In this document: positions 1 through 17,450 of the stretch, piece after piece | Layout: each line of letters begins with the position of its first letter | How positions within the stretch are numbered: the first letter of the stretch is position 1 | From: Felis catus | Lineage: Eukaryota | Length of the DNA stretch: 64,000 nucleotides | Direction of reading: 5' to 3' | NCBI RefSeq assembly: GCF_018350175.1 | Contig: NC_058383.1 | Location: 17,734,001-17,798,000, forward strand | Made by a program: the position numbers and the translations under genes | The notes under the pieces: generated by a model | Seen by the model: the letters and a program-made list of their open reading frames with translations, nothing else | What the model was told of the DNA's origin: nothing | Databases searched by the model: none

Positions 1-113
1 GGGCGAAGCAGGGAGTGACAGGAGCCACGAGGAGGAGGCCCCACTCAGGGACAACTCCCCCTCCCCAGCCCATTGCCACAGCCACCCACTCGCCCCACCC
101 CACCCGCACTCAC

Positions 114-3100
114 TGAATGTGGGGCTGCCCAGGCCTCCAAAGGCCCCGTTGGAGAGGGCAGCCAAAGAGGCGAAGCTTGTGGGACGCCCAAAGGGATCTG
201 TGGGAGAAAAGGGGAATGGTCAGAGCGTCGGCAGCCGGCTCTGATCAGGCACCAAGACCAGCAGGGAAGAGGCAGCTTATTAGCAAGCAGGCCCCAGAGC
301 TCTCGGCCGCTTGGGTCTTGGTTTTAACCACCAGGCGCTGAACACCTCCTTAGGCCTGGCAAGGCACTAGGCTTTGACATGCATCGTGTTGTTTAACCTC
401 ACAAACAACAAGCCCCACTAGGCAGACAGGATCACTCCCACTTAAAGATGATGAAACAGGCTCAGAGAAGTGAAGTGACTTGCCAACGGTCATCTAGCCA
501 GTAAATGGTACCCCCAGCCCAAGGCCTCTCTGACTCCAGAGGTCAAGGTCTTACCCCACAATCCCCCGACACCGGCCACCCAGACCGGCTCTAGAGCAAA
601 CCATTCACCCGAAGATCTCTGCTGGCTTCCTCCCACCTGACATGCAGGGCCTTTCCCAACCTGACCCTAACTTCATGCACATAGCCAGTCAGAACAACTA
701 ACCTACCCCACTAGGGGAACATCTCACAACTTCCTCTTCCAGGAACACCTAAGCCTATGCTATCAGGCTCAATTCCCTTGTGTCTACCCAGACCCGAGTT
801 AAATCTCCCCACGAAGCCTGACAAGACTGCTAGGAACCAGCGACTATGTTCTCACCTGGGCGTGCACAGCCTTCCTCCACCCTCCTCTCCCAGGTGGCAC
901 ACTATACCCCCTACCACTGGCTATTTCAGAGACAGTGTCTGAGGTGGCAGAGATTGGCAATCGCTTCTCCCTTCCCTATCCCACTTCACAGGTGACAAGA
1001 TCAAGGCTCAGAGGGGTTAGAGTAACTCGCCCAAGGTCACGAATCAAGTGGAACCAGGCCTACCCCCATTCCAGCCGCCTCTCAAGTCTAATTTCCATCC
1101 CCAGCTTGAGAACTCCTGAAGTCAGGGACAAGGCCTGGGTTGCCCAACATGCCCTTGGCTCTTACCAATGTGGGTGCTGGGGCTCAGAAAGGTTCCGTGG
1201 GCCCCGGGAGCTGCGGTGAAAGGGTTGGCTGCAGCGTGGACGGCACCTGGGGCAGAGAGGTGGGAGATTCTGGTGAGGCTGAGTGGGCGCAAGGTGGGCC
1301 TTGGGCTATAGACAGGGAACCTCAGGCCCTGAGAGGGCTGGCCAGACTCACCAGTCGCAGTGAAGAGGGAGGCGGCCGGGTGGGAGAGCTCCTGCCCAGG
1401 GGGCAGGGCCCCATAGGGCCCCGGAAGGCAGGGCAGGAGGTCGTTCCGAAAGTCAAGCTTGTGGGAGTCGCCCTGCGTGGGACAGGGAGAGGGGTGGTGA
1501 GTGAGGAGCCAGGTGAAGTCCCGCTCTTGCTCTTCCACCCCTAGGTCCCCTCCAAGGGCTGGCGGGCGCCAAGAAGGGGCTTGGGTGCCTAGCCTCTGCC
1601 TCTCTCAGAGCCTTCTCAGACCACCTCCCCCTAGTTAGCCAGACAACCTAGTACTAACTGTGAAAACGCTCAGGCAGTGACCGGGACAGAGCCAAGCAAT
1701 TCGGCCAAGCTCTGCCAAAGGCAGATGCTCAGGGCTCAGGCTGGCCCACTCTCGCTCTCCCCAGCCCTCCGGCCCCAGTACCTTCATCTTTTCCTGGTGT
1801 CTCAGGATCATGTAAGCCACGCGCACGTGCATGGCACACCACTTCCCTGGTTTCTGCCGCCCCAGAAGGATAACCAAAGGGAAAGGGAAGGAAAGAACGT
1901 TCACTCATCACCCACTCCAGGCCTGGTCCTAGGCCCAGCCTTGCCACACAACATCCCCACTCATCATCCCTACAACTGAGGGATGACTAGGTTCATTTCA
2001 CAGCCTAGGAAACTGAGGCTCAGAGAGATAAACTGTCTTGCCCAAGGTCCCACGGCCAGTTACATCAGAACCCAGGTCTGTAGCTTGTAAGCCTTTCCCT
2101 TTCTGTTGTTCCACATCTGGCTGCCTCCACGTCTTGGGCTTCTCGCTCATTCCCAAGCAAGACCCGCCCTTAGCCAAACACCCTGACACCAGCCCGCAGC
2201 CTCATGCAGCCTGAGGTCCTCACCAAACTCACCCTCAAAGGTGGCCGGAAATGGTCGGGGATCTGGGGATGGCAAAGCAGAGATTGGCGGCGATTCAGAC
2301 CTGTTTACTGTCTTGGGCACCTCGTCTCCACAGTCCCCAATCCCCACCCAAACACCAGAGCCCTTGTGTGGCTCCCTCGGGCCTTGCCTGCCTCTGTCAA
2401 GACTGATTTCCCCATCTCTCCCACTCTGGGTATCTCCCCTCCAGCACTAAGGTCTTGAACCAGGCCCCAAGGACGTGCCCCTGCTTGGAAGACTGGGGAG
2501 TGAGGAGGCAGACAGGCAGCTTTCTCAATCTCAGAACCTATCCTACTAACAGCTTTACATAGTGAGACTCTGCTGAAGATTCCTCTAGTAAAAAAAACCT
2601 TCACTGCTGCTAAAAGAGGTTGCAAAATCTCTGCTCTAGTCTACCCTTTAGGAAACACATCCTGTGCTTTTCATGATATTCCCAGAGCCGTGGGCTCTAA
2701 GGCTGCTCCCTGTGCCACTTCACAAAGGAGCAGCTTATCTTTTCATTCATTGTTTTATGGACAGGACTTCCTGGCGTGATGTCACTTAAAAAAAAAAAAA
2801 AGGATTTTGTAACTTGAAAAATTAGAAAACTCCTACAAAAACTACTCTCCTAGTAAGCTCACTTCTGGGACAACTTCATGAAATTTCCTATTCTTCATGC
2901 ATGGTAAACCTTGTCCTTTACAGAAATTCCCTCTCGTCAGATTCTCAGGGATGCCCCTGATCGTGTATTAAAGGCAGGGATCAGTCGTTCACTTTCAATC
3001 AACCCTGCTCTCCCTCAACAGATATTCTAGTTCCCCCAGGACCTGCCTTGGCCCCCCTCACCTGTGTCCCCTTTTGGGGAAGCCCGCTCGGCACTGGCCC

Positions 3101-6100
3101 CAGTCGTGGTGGCAGCTCGGGGTTCGTGCTCTGGGAAAGGGGAGTGGAGGGATCAGTCAGGAGAGCTGGCGCCAGGCATAAAAAGGGGTCTGGAACCAAG
3201 CTGGGGGCTGGGACAGGGAGGGTGCATAGGCTCTGAAGAAATCTAGGTCCACAAGGGGAGGACAGGAGAATGGGCGTGGTTTGGGGTAACGGAAGAAGGT
3301 ATGTGGATCTGGGGCGTCTGGGTTTGTACAGGGTGGGAGGTGGTGGTATTTGGATTGGGAGCTCACCTTGGGCTGGAAGGCCCCCTGCAGGGAGCCAAAG
3401 GAGACAGCCGGCGGGAGGCCCGGAGGGAGGCCGGGCACTGCGGGAGGGAAGGCCGTGTACGGCTGTGGAGAGAAGGGGACTAGTCCAAGCTGGGGGTGGA
3501 GGGGCAGCCCACGTCTCGTCTGCCCATCAATCCTCTGGCCTCCACCCTAAAGTCCCCCAGGGAGCTCTCCCAGGCTCAAGGCTCTTGCTTTTGAAGCTGA
3601 AGACTGGATCCCCAACAGTCAGGGCCACACGCATTGATGCATCCATCAACATAACACACCACACACACACACACTCACATTATGCCGGAAAAGGCCTTCC
3701 ATCTTTCCTGGATATTTCTCAAACTAGGGAAGAGAAGGGAAGAGTAAGCTGCCAGCCAGGGACCCATGATCTTCCCCTGGAAGCCACACCCTCCCCCCAA
3801 GTCTCTGAGCCTCATCACCAGCCCAATGAGGAGCTCACCATGTGGGGGCCATGGGGTGGCAGCAGGCCCGGGGGATAAGGGGTGAAGTGCTGGTGGGTGT
3901 GCTGGTGGGTGTGCTGGTGCTGGTGGTTGTGCTGGTGGAACTGGAAGGCCAGGGGCCGGGCGGAGCCCCCTGCCCCCACCACCTCGGGGCCACCCTGGGC
4001 ATTCAGGTAGCGAGAGTTCAGGTCCTGGCCGATCAGGTCCTGCTCTGTGGGAGGGGAGGGGGAGAAGGCTTTAATATCTGTCGCCACCAGGTCAGCCTCC
4101 TTGGGCCCAGGTGACTGGCCTTCCCTTCTGGCCTTTAGCCACTCCCTCCTCAAGCCCTGATGTCTGCTGAGGTCCAGCTGCCCCAAAGCCGACTGGGCCC
4201 AAGCCCGGGGCCATGGCCCCCCACCCCCCCGGCCAGGACCCCAAACTCACCAGAAAGGGCGTTAGCGGCTGAGGCCCCAGGGTGCCCTGGCACCTGCAGC
4301 AGGGGTGGGGGTGGGGGCAGGGTGGGGCCAGGGGAGAACAAGGAGGGGTGGGGGGGCGGTGGGGGGGGCCGCAGCCCAGGGGGGGGAAAGCTGTGGGTGG
4401 ACAAAGGCAGGGGCAGTGAGGGCGTCGGGGGCCGGTGGGTGAGCTGCGCGGACGAGGAGGAGGCAGATGAGGAGGAAGAGGACGAAGAGGATGATGAGGG
4501 GGGAGGCTGAGCCACGGGAGGGGCCGGGGCCTTGGGGGGCGGCCGTGAAGAGCTGGGGAGAGAAGTGGGGAGATGAGTGAGGGGTTGGGAGGTGCCAGCT
4601 CTGACGGGAGGGGGTCAGAAGCCTGGGCGATACCTTGACCCTGGTTCTCCAACATGGAAGGTGGTAGAACCCGGCCCCCAGGACCCCCACCCCCGCCCAG
4701 GGAGCCCATCCTCAGACTGAGGTACCTCCCACACCCAGCGACCCCCACGCTCTCCCTCTCCAGATCTCTTCCACACAGCTGCCCGGATGTCTCTGGCCAC
4801 ATGACTTGCCCTTTTCTGACTCAACTGCAGCACGAAACATGTCGTTCACTTTGCCGCTTAGTTACAACCTAAGCCACCTGGGTTCCCACCCTAAGACAGT
4901 GGAAGCAGCACCTCCCTGGCCTGGCCTAGGAGTCAGGTGACCTGAATTCTAGGCCCATCTTGCCATTGACACCCTGGGTGACCTTGAGCAAGTCACTGCC
5001 CCTCTCTGAGCCTTAGTTTTCTCAAGAATAAGAAAAAGAACAATAATGAGAATGACAACAATAGAACAGCATCGATAATGATAATAATAGTGTCAGTGAT
5101 TCTTACCCTTTAACAAGCACTTACTGTAGGTCAAGTGCTGGCACCTGCTTTACATGCTAATCCAAATCTCCAACATGTCACACCACCTTCCCAACTGCTG
5201 CTGCGTCCGTGCAACCACCTGTACCATTTACTTCTTTCTTTAATTTAACTCTTTCTTGACTTTTCACTTAGCCTCGCCCAAGCCACACATGTGAAATCAA
5301 GGGTTTGAGATACTAGTCATGTTTTTCTAAAGCAAGTAACAACTGAAAAAAATTTACTCACGTAACAGCTCAAATTATCTCACGCACCACTGACGATGCA
5401 CGTACACACTTTGGGAAACACTGCATTAACTCATAATTAATCCTCACAATAGCTTTGTTAGGATGAAGGTACTCTTGCTATTTCTTTTTACAGGAGGAGG
5501 AAATGGAGGCTCAGAGAGATTAAGTGACTTGTCAAAAATCACACAGTCACTATGTGGCAGAGCAAGATTTTGAGTCCAGGTCTGACTGACACCAAAGCCA
5601 GCACCCTTAATCATCATGTCAGCATTTCCCAAAGTATGTTCTGAAGAACAGTATTCCTAGCAGATGTGCCCTGCAAGAAGGTCTCACCAGCAAATAAAAT
5701 TGAGAAACGGCACAAAGCGGATTTCCCTGCATGTGAATGTAGGGTGGAAAGGTTCTGGTAAGTCCTGCAAGCAAGTAATTTCTTTAAATCTGTTTCACCC
5801 AGTGTCTCTAAAACTTTTCAGCCTCGGAATCCTTTCTTCAAGTCACATCCCACAGGTACCATCCCATGTCCCAGCCACAGAATGCAGGGGTTGGCGCCAA
5901 AATGACCAGGTCCTTCCAGATCAGACCAAACCCCTGGACCACTCACCTGCCAGTGCTGAGGTCCAGGCTGCTGCCATAGGGAGAAGTGCGGAGGCCGAAG
6001 GGCGAGACCCGAAGCTGCAGCTGGGGCTGGGGTGGGGGTGGCAGACTGGGGGCGGCCGGCAGGGGTGCAGGGGGTGAGACAGGAGGCCGAGGGGCCGGTG

Positions 6101-9100
6101 CAGGCGGTGGTTCCTTCGGGGGGAAAGGCACTAGCAGCGGGTCGGGCCCTGGGGGCTGTTCCTGGCTCCGCTCCAGGCCCGACACTTTAGGGACTACGGA
6201 GAGTTTTGCTTCACAGTTCCCATTGAAGGCGCCGTGGGGGCCCGAGGCTGTGAGGACAGGACAGCAGACATATTCAGTTGAGGCCCATGCTCACCCAACT
6301 TCCCTCCCTTGTCTCCAGCCCCAGCCCTTGAGACCAACCTTTGCTGGTTGAGACAGTAAAGGATGGATCGAGGTCATCATCGGAGACCTGGGGAAGAAGG
6401 GTAGGGACAGGGTCAGGTTCTGCTCAGGAAGGCTCTAACCCAGGAAGGCTAACAGCCTCTAGAGCCTGCTAGGAATAAGTGATGGTAAGAAGTCTATTTC
6501 ACCAGGTTAGCTAAAATCCAGCAAAGACTATGGGCTCCAGAGGGCCTATCCTTGGGAAAAAGGGTAGGATAGCTGAGCCTGAAATTAGGCCAGGAGGACT
6601 GAATCAAGATAGAACTTACATAGCAAAGAAGTAGACACATCAAAGCAAAAATGTTAGAGATCACTAACTGCTGGCCCACATGTCTACCTGACTTACAGAT
6701 CAGTTTGGTCCACAAGTGTTAGCAAAATCTTTGAAAATTAATTGCTGATAAATGCAAGACGTCCTCATAAAAACTCAGACTTGCAGGTTCTCTTAAAAAC
6801 TGGCTCCTATTATTGCATGACAATTAGCTAGAACTAGACAGTGGTCACCTCCTTTAGACAGACAAGAACTCTCTGGTTCACCACAGCCCCTGTCCAGCCA
6901 ACTTTTTAAACTAAAACAAGACACACATCAGGGAATACAAACTCAGTTAGTTATAGGAGTAGAGCATCAACTGCTACAACACATTATTTCAAAACAAGCA
7001 CGTCAAGCCTGATGAAAAAACTGAAATCTAATTTACAAGACTTGTTCTGACACTGACCACAACAGTTTAGAATCTTCGCTGCCATAATCTCTGCTTGGGA
7101 CTCTAATCTGTGAGAGCAGACTAACTGCTAGCAGGAAGGACCAGCTTAGTTTCACAGTCACCTAGGATTTCTGTGGAGAACCACTGGTATCTCCAAGGGC
7201 TTTGAAAAACGTGGGATACCAAAACATGGGCTTTCTATTCTTTGGTCAACTGGCGCTAGTTACTAAAGAAAAGAAGTCATTTACCCTATCAATCTCCCTC
7301 CCCCTCCCCATATTCAATCCTGGCCCACCCTAACCTATGTTCCCCACTCAAGGGGAGGCTCTGTCTGCTGCACATAGGAGACCTTTAAGCTGCAGTACAT
7401 TTTACAAGTTGTAGCACTGCCCACCCCACAAGTTCTACCCCCACTCACCCTCTCGTCCAGATCGCTTTCTGCATCGCACTGGGGAGAAGGAAAGACAGAG
7501 ATGTCACAAGAGGGAAGAAGAGTGGGGCCCAAGGTAGAGAGGGGACTTCCAAAGAGGAATTGAGAGGGGAGGGACCAGTACAGGTGGAGAGCACTTACTA
7601 TGTATCCAGCTTCCAGAGAATGACGGGAGGAGGCCTGAGAAAGACCAGAGTCCAGAGGTAAGGGAGGCTGACTGGCAAGGCCTTTGGATAAAGTCTAAAC
7701 TCCCCAGCAAAGAACTCAAGGTCTTTCATGACACGCTCAATCCTTTTCCAGCTACTTCTCCTGCTAGTGCCCACCGTTCCCAATGTTCTATCTTCCAAAT
7801 ACATTCTCACATCTCTGTGTTTTTGCTCAAAACAACTTGGCTCGTTTCTTCTCTTAGCACAATTATGACTATCCTTCAAGGCCTGACTAAGACATCCTAG
7901 GGGGCTTTCCCTAACCACAACCCTCCTCCCATCCCCCAGGCAGAATGAGTGGCTTCCTCATGTGGGTTTCTACAGCATCTCTCCCAGACCTCTGCCTTCT
8001 ATAGCTTCTCAGATTTTGGTCTAGGTATTTGTTCACAGATTGTTTTTTTCTTGGGAGATTACTACTGCCTCAAGAGAGAGGGCTGAGACCCTATCTAATT
8101 CATTTACGATTCAGTGAAATCTCTTTGATACAGCTCTGAATTATCAACATGTCTGAAACAGAGTCAGCCAAAAGCAGAAAAGTCTGACTCTAGGAATGTC
8201 TCTGTCAGACTCGGACTGAGGAGTAGAGGGCTCAAATTTGCTCTGCCTTCTTTGCCCTTAGAAAATAAAATCACTGTTTACGATGGGCAGTGGCATTACT
8301 GATGAAAAACAGGTCTATGTGAAGGACGTTCTGCCCAGAGGTTTAAAGGACAAGGATCTATGACAAGCTCACCTCTTTCCTTCTCCGTTTATTGGGCCAT
8401 TTTCGGGCCCGATCCCCAGAGGGCCGGCCAGGCTCCCGATCAGAGCTGTCCCCTGGCTCCCCAGTGGCCCCACTGGAGCCCCCCCTCTTCCGCTTCCCAG
8501 AATGCTTCAGCCGATGTTCCAGTCGCTCTGGGGGCTGAAGAGATGCATCCTTCTGTGGAGGAGGAGGTGGGACTAAAGTAGATGGAGAAAGGAAAGCTCC
8601 CGACCTCTCTGGGGGTGACCAGGCTACCAAAGTGGCTCTCAGACCAGATAACCTGGTTGGTCCCTGGAGACTAACTCTACCTCCTCCCACCCCAGGGTGG
8701 GGCAGAGGCCTGGCCAGAGGAGCCGGTTGCTCTGGTTTGGGGTGCCAGCATTCCCCCCTCAACTCCACCCACTCCAGGCACGATACCCTTCTCTCTGCCC
8801 CTCTGAAGCCCCCAAAGGTCCCCAGCCCCACCAGGCCCCACCTGCAAGGCCTCAAGGCTGGCGAAGCTGGCGATGGCGAAGCCATCGATCAAGTCCTCCT
8901 CTTCTTCTTCCTCCTCCTCAGGCTCCTCCTCGGCCTCCCCATCGTCTGCGCCCCCCTCCTCCTCCTCCTCCTCTTCCTCCCCGCGGCTGCCCGAGCCAGC
9001 AGGCCGCTTCCGAGCTCGGGGTCGCGGGGGCCGAGGCCTGGGACGGGGCCGCCGTCGTCTCGGGCCTCCGGGCCGCTCTCCAGACGAAGCTGACGACCAA

Positions 9101-9297
9101 GGCCTGGCCGGCGGTGGCGGCGACGAGGACGACGAGGAGCCGCGCGGGGCGGCCAACAGGGCCCGGGGCGCGTCGCCGCCGGGACCTCGGCGGCGCCGCT
9201 GCTCCCGGTCTCGGTCTCGGCGCGAGCAGCGCCGCCGCCGCCGCTCCCCCTCAGCGGCCCAGCCCGGGCCCGGAGCCGCGGCCGCTGCCGTCTCCAT
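114..9297 (-). CDS. FBRS: Fibrosin (AUTS2 family, non-canonical PRC1-associated), long isoform; 3'-partial
   Basis: Coding exons in transcript order, all GT-AG and phase-consistent: 8842-9297 (METAAAAAPG..SLEALQ), 8373-8552, 7599-7634, 7449-7478, 6339-6387, 5947-6247, 4251-4552, 3839-4044 (HQHNHQHQHTHQHTHQH), 3679-3723 (FEKYPGKMEGLFRHN), 3367-3462, 3062-3130, 2233-2262, 1782-1853 (KPGKWCAMHVRVAYMILRHQEKMK), 1352-1472, 1166-1246, 114-197. Strong Kozak context gtcgccATGG. The gene continues past position 1. Confidence 0.97.
5425..5610. mobile_element. MIR SINE in an FBRS intron (similar remnants near 400-550, 1990-2080, 4925-5025)
   Basis: Core motif TTTTACAG..GGAAATGGAGGCTCAGAGAGATTAAGTGACTTG. 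Confidence 0.7.
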
Positions 9298-10970
9298 GGC
9301 GACCGCCCTCAGCGCCGCATCCGGAGGCGGCGGGGCCCGAAGCGACCTGTCCGCAGGCCCGGGGTCGCAGGCGCGGCGCTGGCGGCTGCACAGGGACGAA
9401 AAGGCCACGGCTTCCCCTTTAAAGCAGGATCTACTGGCCCCGAGCTTGCCCCAAGGCCAAGGCCCGGGGAGCCGGCGCCGCCCCCGGGGCGACAAGCCCG
9501 AGGGCCCCCCCTGTGGGGCCGCCGGGGCCGAGACGCCGAAAACGGAGCGGCCGTCCCTTTAAGGCGAGGCCTCAAGTTGTCCAGCCCCTGACCCCTTTAA
9601 GACGACCCGATGGTGTCCAGCCGGCCTAGTGCAGTGGCCGCCCCCTGCCAGGGGTCGAGACAAGTCTCCCCGAGGAAGAGGAAGGGCCACCCCTTTAAAA
9701 GGGACCGAAAGCTCGCCCCGAAACGTAGACCTCCCCTTTAAAAGTGTCTCAAGTCCTCCGGCTAAAAGAGGCCACCCCTTTAAGGAGTCCAGGGTCCTCC
9801 AAACAGCAGGCCGCCCCTTTAAGGGCCCGGGAGTTAAGTTTCTGGTCCTCCACAAGCGGCCACTTCCCCTTTAAGCTGATTTTAAAGGACTTCTTGCGTG
9901 AGAGAGAAACGGCGGTGAGAATCCCCACTCGTTCCAGCTCTCCCAACAGCACAGTTCTCAATTTGTCAAGCTTCTGTTCGATGGCTTCCCCTTTAAGGCT
10001 GCCGATGTAGTCTGCCGAGTTCAGTGGCCGCCCCTTTAAGGAGATTTAAAGGGGCCTCCTCCAGGCCCAGCTCTTCCAGCCTCCGCCTCCGGTCGCCATG
10101 AAAGGCGAGGGGGGGGGCGGGGCCGCGGGTCCAGCCCTCCAAAGCCCCGGATGTGAGGCAACGGTGACGGGTAGAGCTTCTCTGTCTGCCGACATAAAAG
10201 TCTCTTCCTCCTTTCCTCCGTCTCTGCCTGACTTGCGCCGTAAGGGATCCGGAACAGCCGTTGGGCAGCGGGGTAGCTCCAGCGCACCCTCCTGTTGTCT
10301 CCTTTGGAGTCCTGGGCCTCTTCTTCGTCAGGACTTCCCTGCCCCTCCTCCCTCTTCCTCCTCAGCCTACGCCTCCTTCCTCTCTCGGCCTCCTCCCACA
10401 CTCCGCCCCTTTCCCCTCACCCCTCCACAAGCTTAGTCGTTGATAGGTTGAGAAGTGTACGTCAAGGAGAAGGGCGGAGTCAAGCTCCGGGGAATGGGTA
10501 ATATGTAACCGCCCTCAAATCTTGGATTGGGTATACGTCAGATTAGCCCCGCCCTTCATCAGGTCTTGTGACTAGACTGGTTAGAAGTAAGCGCTTGGGG
10601 CGGCCCCTCAGGTGACCCCGCCTCTTCCTGCTCTCTGCTCATTGGCCCGCCTTCAGACAGCGTCGAGACTAGGAGCCAGGAGGTGGTGCGCAAGTTCTAG
10701 GAGGCGGTTGGCCGCTGGGCGGCGTGCGGCCGCGGAAAGTGCCTCTCGAAAGCAAGTTACGTCGTCTCTCCCTTTCTGCCGCTTGCCTTAAGTCCACAGG
10801 CCGCCTGGCTTTCTCGCGCACGCGCGTTGGCAGTACTGTTGAGCGGCTGGCAACTCAGCGGGATCCCTTCGGTGCCGGGTGGCTGGAGCACGCGGCATGC
10901 CTTGCGAGCACCAGACGCGCTAGAAGGAAGCTGCGTCCTCATTATCGGTTCATTGCGTGGGAGAGTGGTC
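8850..10970 (-). promoter_or_regulatory. FBRS CpG island / promoter and 5' leader
   Basis: CpG-dense. ATTGG (CCAAT on minus) near 10526 and 10641, GC boxes at 10470-10625, TACGTCA CRE-like sites near 10458 and 10534. TSS not determinable from sequence. Confidence 0.85.
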
Positions 10971-11880
10971 TCCGCGTGCTAATAGGAAACACTTTGCACT
11001 TGTGTGCGGCCACGGCCACTTTCTCACATATTAACTCATTTGACAGTAAGAGTTCTTTTAGGAAGGTACTGATATTGGCCCCGTTTTACAGAGGGGGAGG
11101 GGAATTAATACACATTGAATTTCCTACACAGGATTTGGGCTCAAGAAGCCTTAACTGTGCTCTTAGCCACTGCTCTGTTCTGGCCCTAAGTTACCAAAGA
11201 TGGAGAATGCCACTTCTGGCCTCTGCTTGCCTGGGTTAACCATTTTAACAAGGACATCTCATTACACATTCAGCTTCCTTCTTTTACTTAAAAAAAAAAA
11301 AAAAGAAAGAAAATCTGTACCTCCAATGTGGGGCTCAAACTCACGACCCCGAGATCGAGTCACGTGCTCTACCAACTGAGCCAGCCAGGTGCCCCAGCTT
11401 GCTTGTGTGTAAAATGGGTATAATTCCCTCCCATAGTGCTATCTGCAGGGCAAGTACATATGACAGGTTGTTGTAGGTGCTCAATTACAGCTGATTACTC
11501 TTATCTTTTGAATCCAGAAGCAAATCCTGACCTGCATGTTCAGAGGAATTCAGGGCCATATTGATCAAGGCCTTGGTCCACTCTGGGTCCTTCAGTCTCC
11601 TCCTTGATGTAAGTGAATTTAGAGAACCCTGCCCAGGGTCCAGAGCCAGTATCTTCTGGAACAGATTCTCAAGTATCCCTCCACACAGGAAAATTCTTAA
11701 ATCAAGGAAGTATGTCCGATGACCATTCCCCCACTTCCCGTATCAAACCCTCATTGCCTTCCCTGGCACCTCCCCCATTTCCCAGTCTTTGGGAGCCAAA
11801 GTAAAAACATCAGCTGGTACTGTCAGTCAATCTCAAACTTAGCCAGAGACATACAAAAGAATCAGAAACATATTGAAAAC

Positions 11881-11886
11881 TTTACT
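11881..11886 (-). terminator. Candidate PRR14 polyadenylation signal (AGTAAA variant)
   Basis: TTTACT on plus, about 70 nt past the stop codon in a U-rich 3'UTR. No canonical AATAAA seen nearby. Confidence 0.45.
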
Positions 11887-11954
11887 AGAAATATAAAGAA
11901 AAAAATATAACTGCCTCAGATGCTTCAGGATGGACGGACAAACAGATGGAGCTC

Positions 11955-17450
<5,496 letters not shown>

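Noticed and set aside
8632..9562. Long plus-strand ORFs (229, 241 and 153 aa) over FBRS exon 1
   Set aside because: Antisense shadows of a GC-rich, low-complexity coding exon, with no independent protein features.
9410..10056. Motif cluster as a CRISPR-like array, minisatellite or TTAA-target MITE ends
   Set aside because: Mammalian DNA, an 8-15 bp motif, irregular unrelated spacers, and mostly one orientation with no paired termini around an element.
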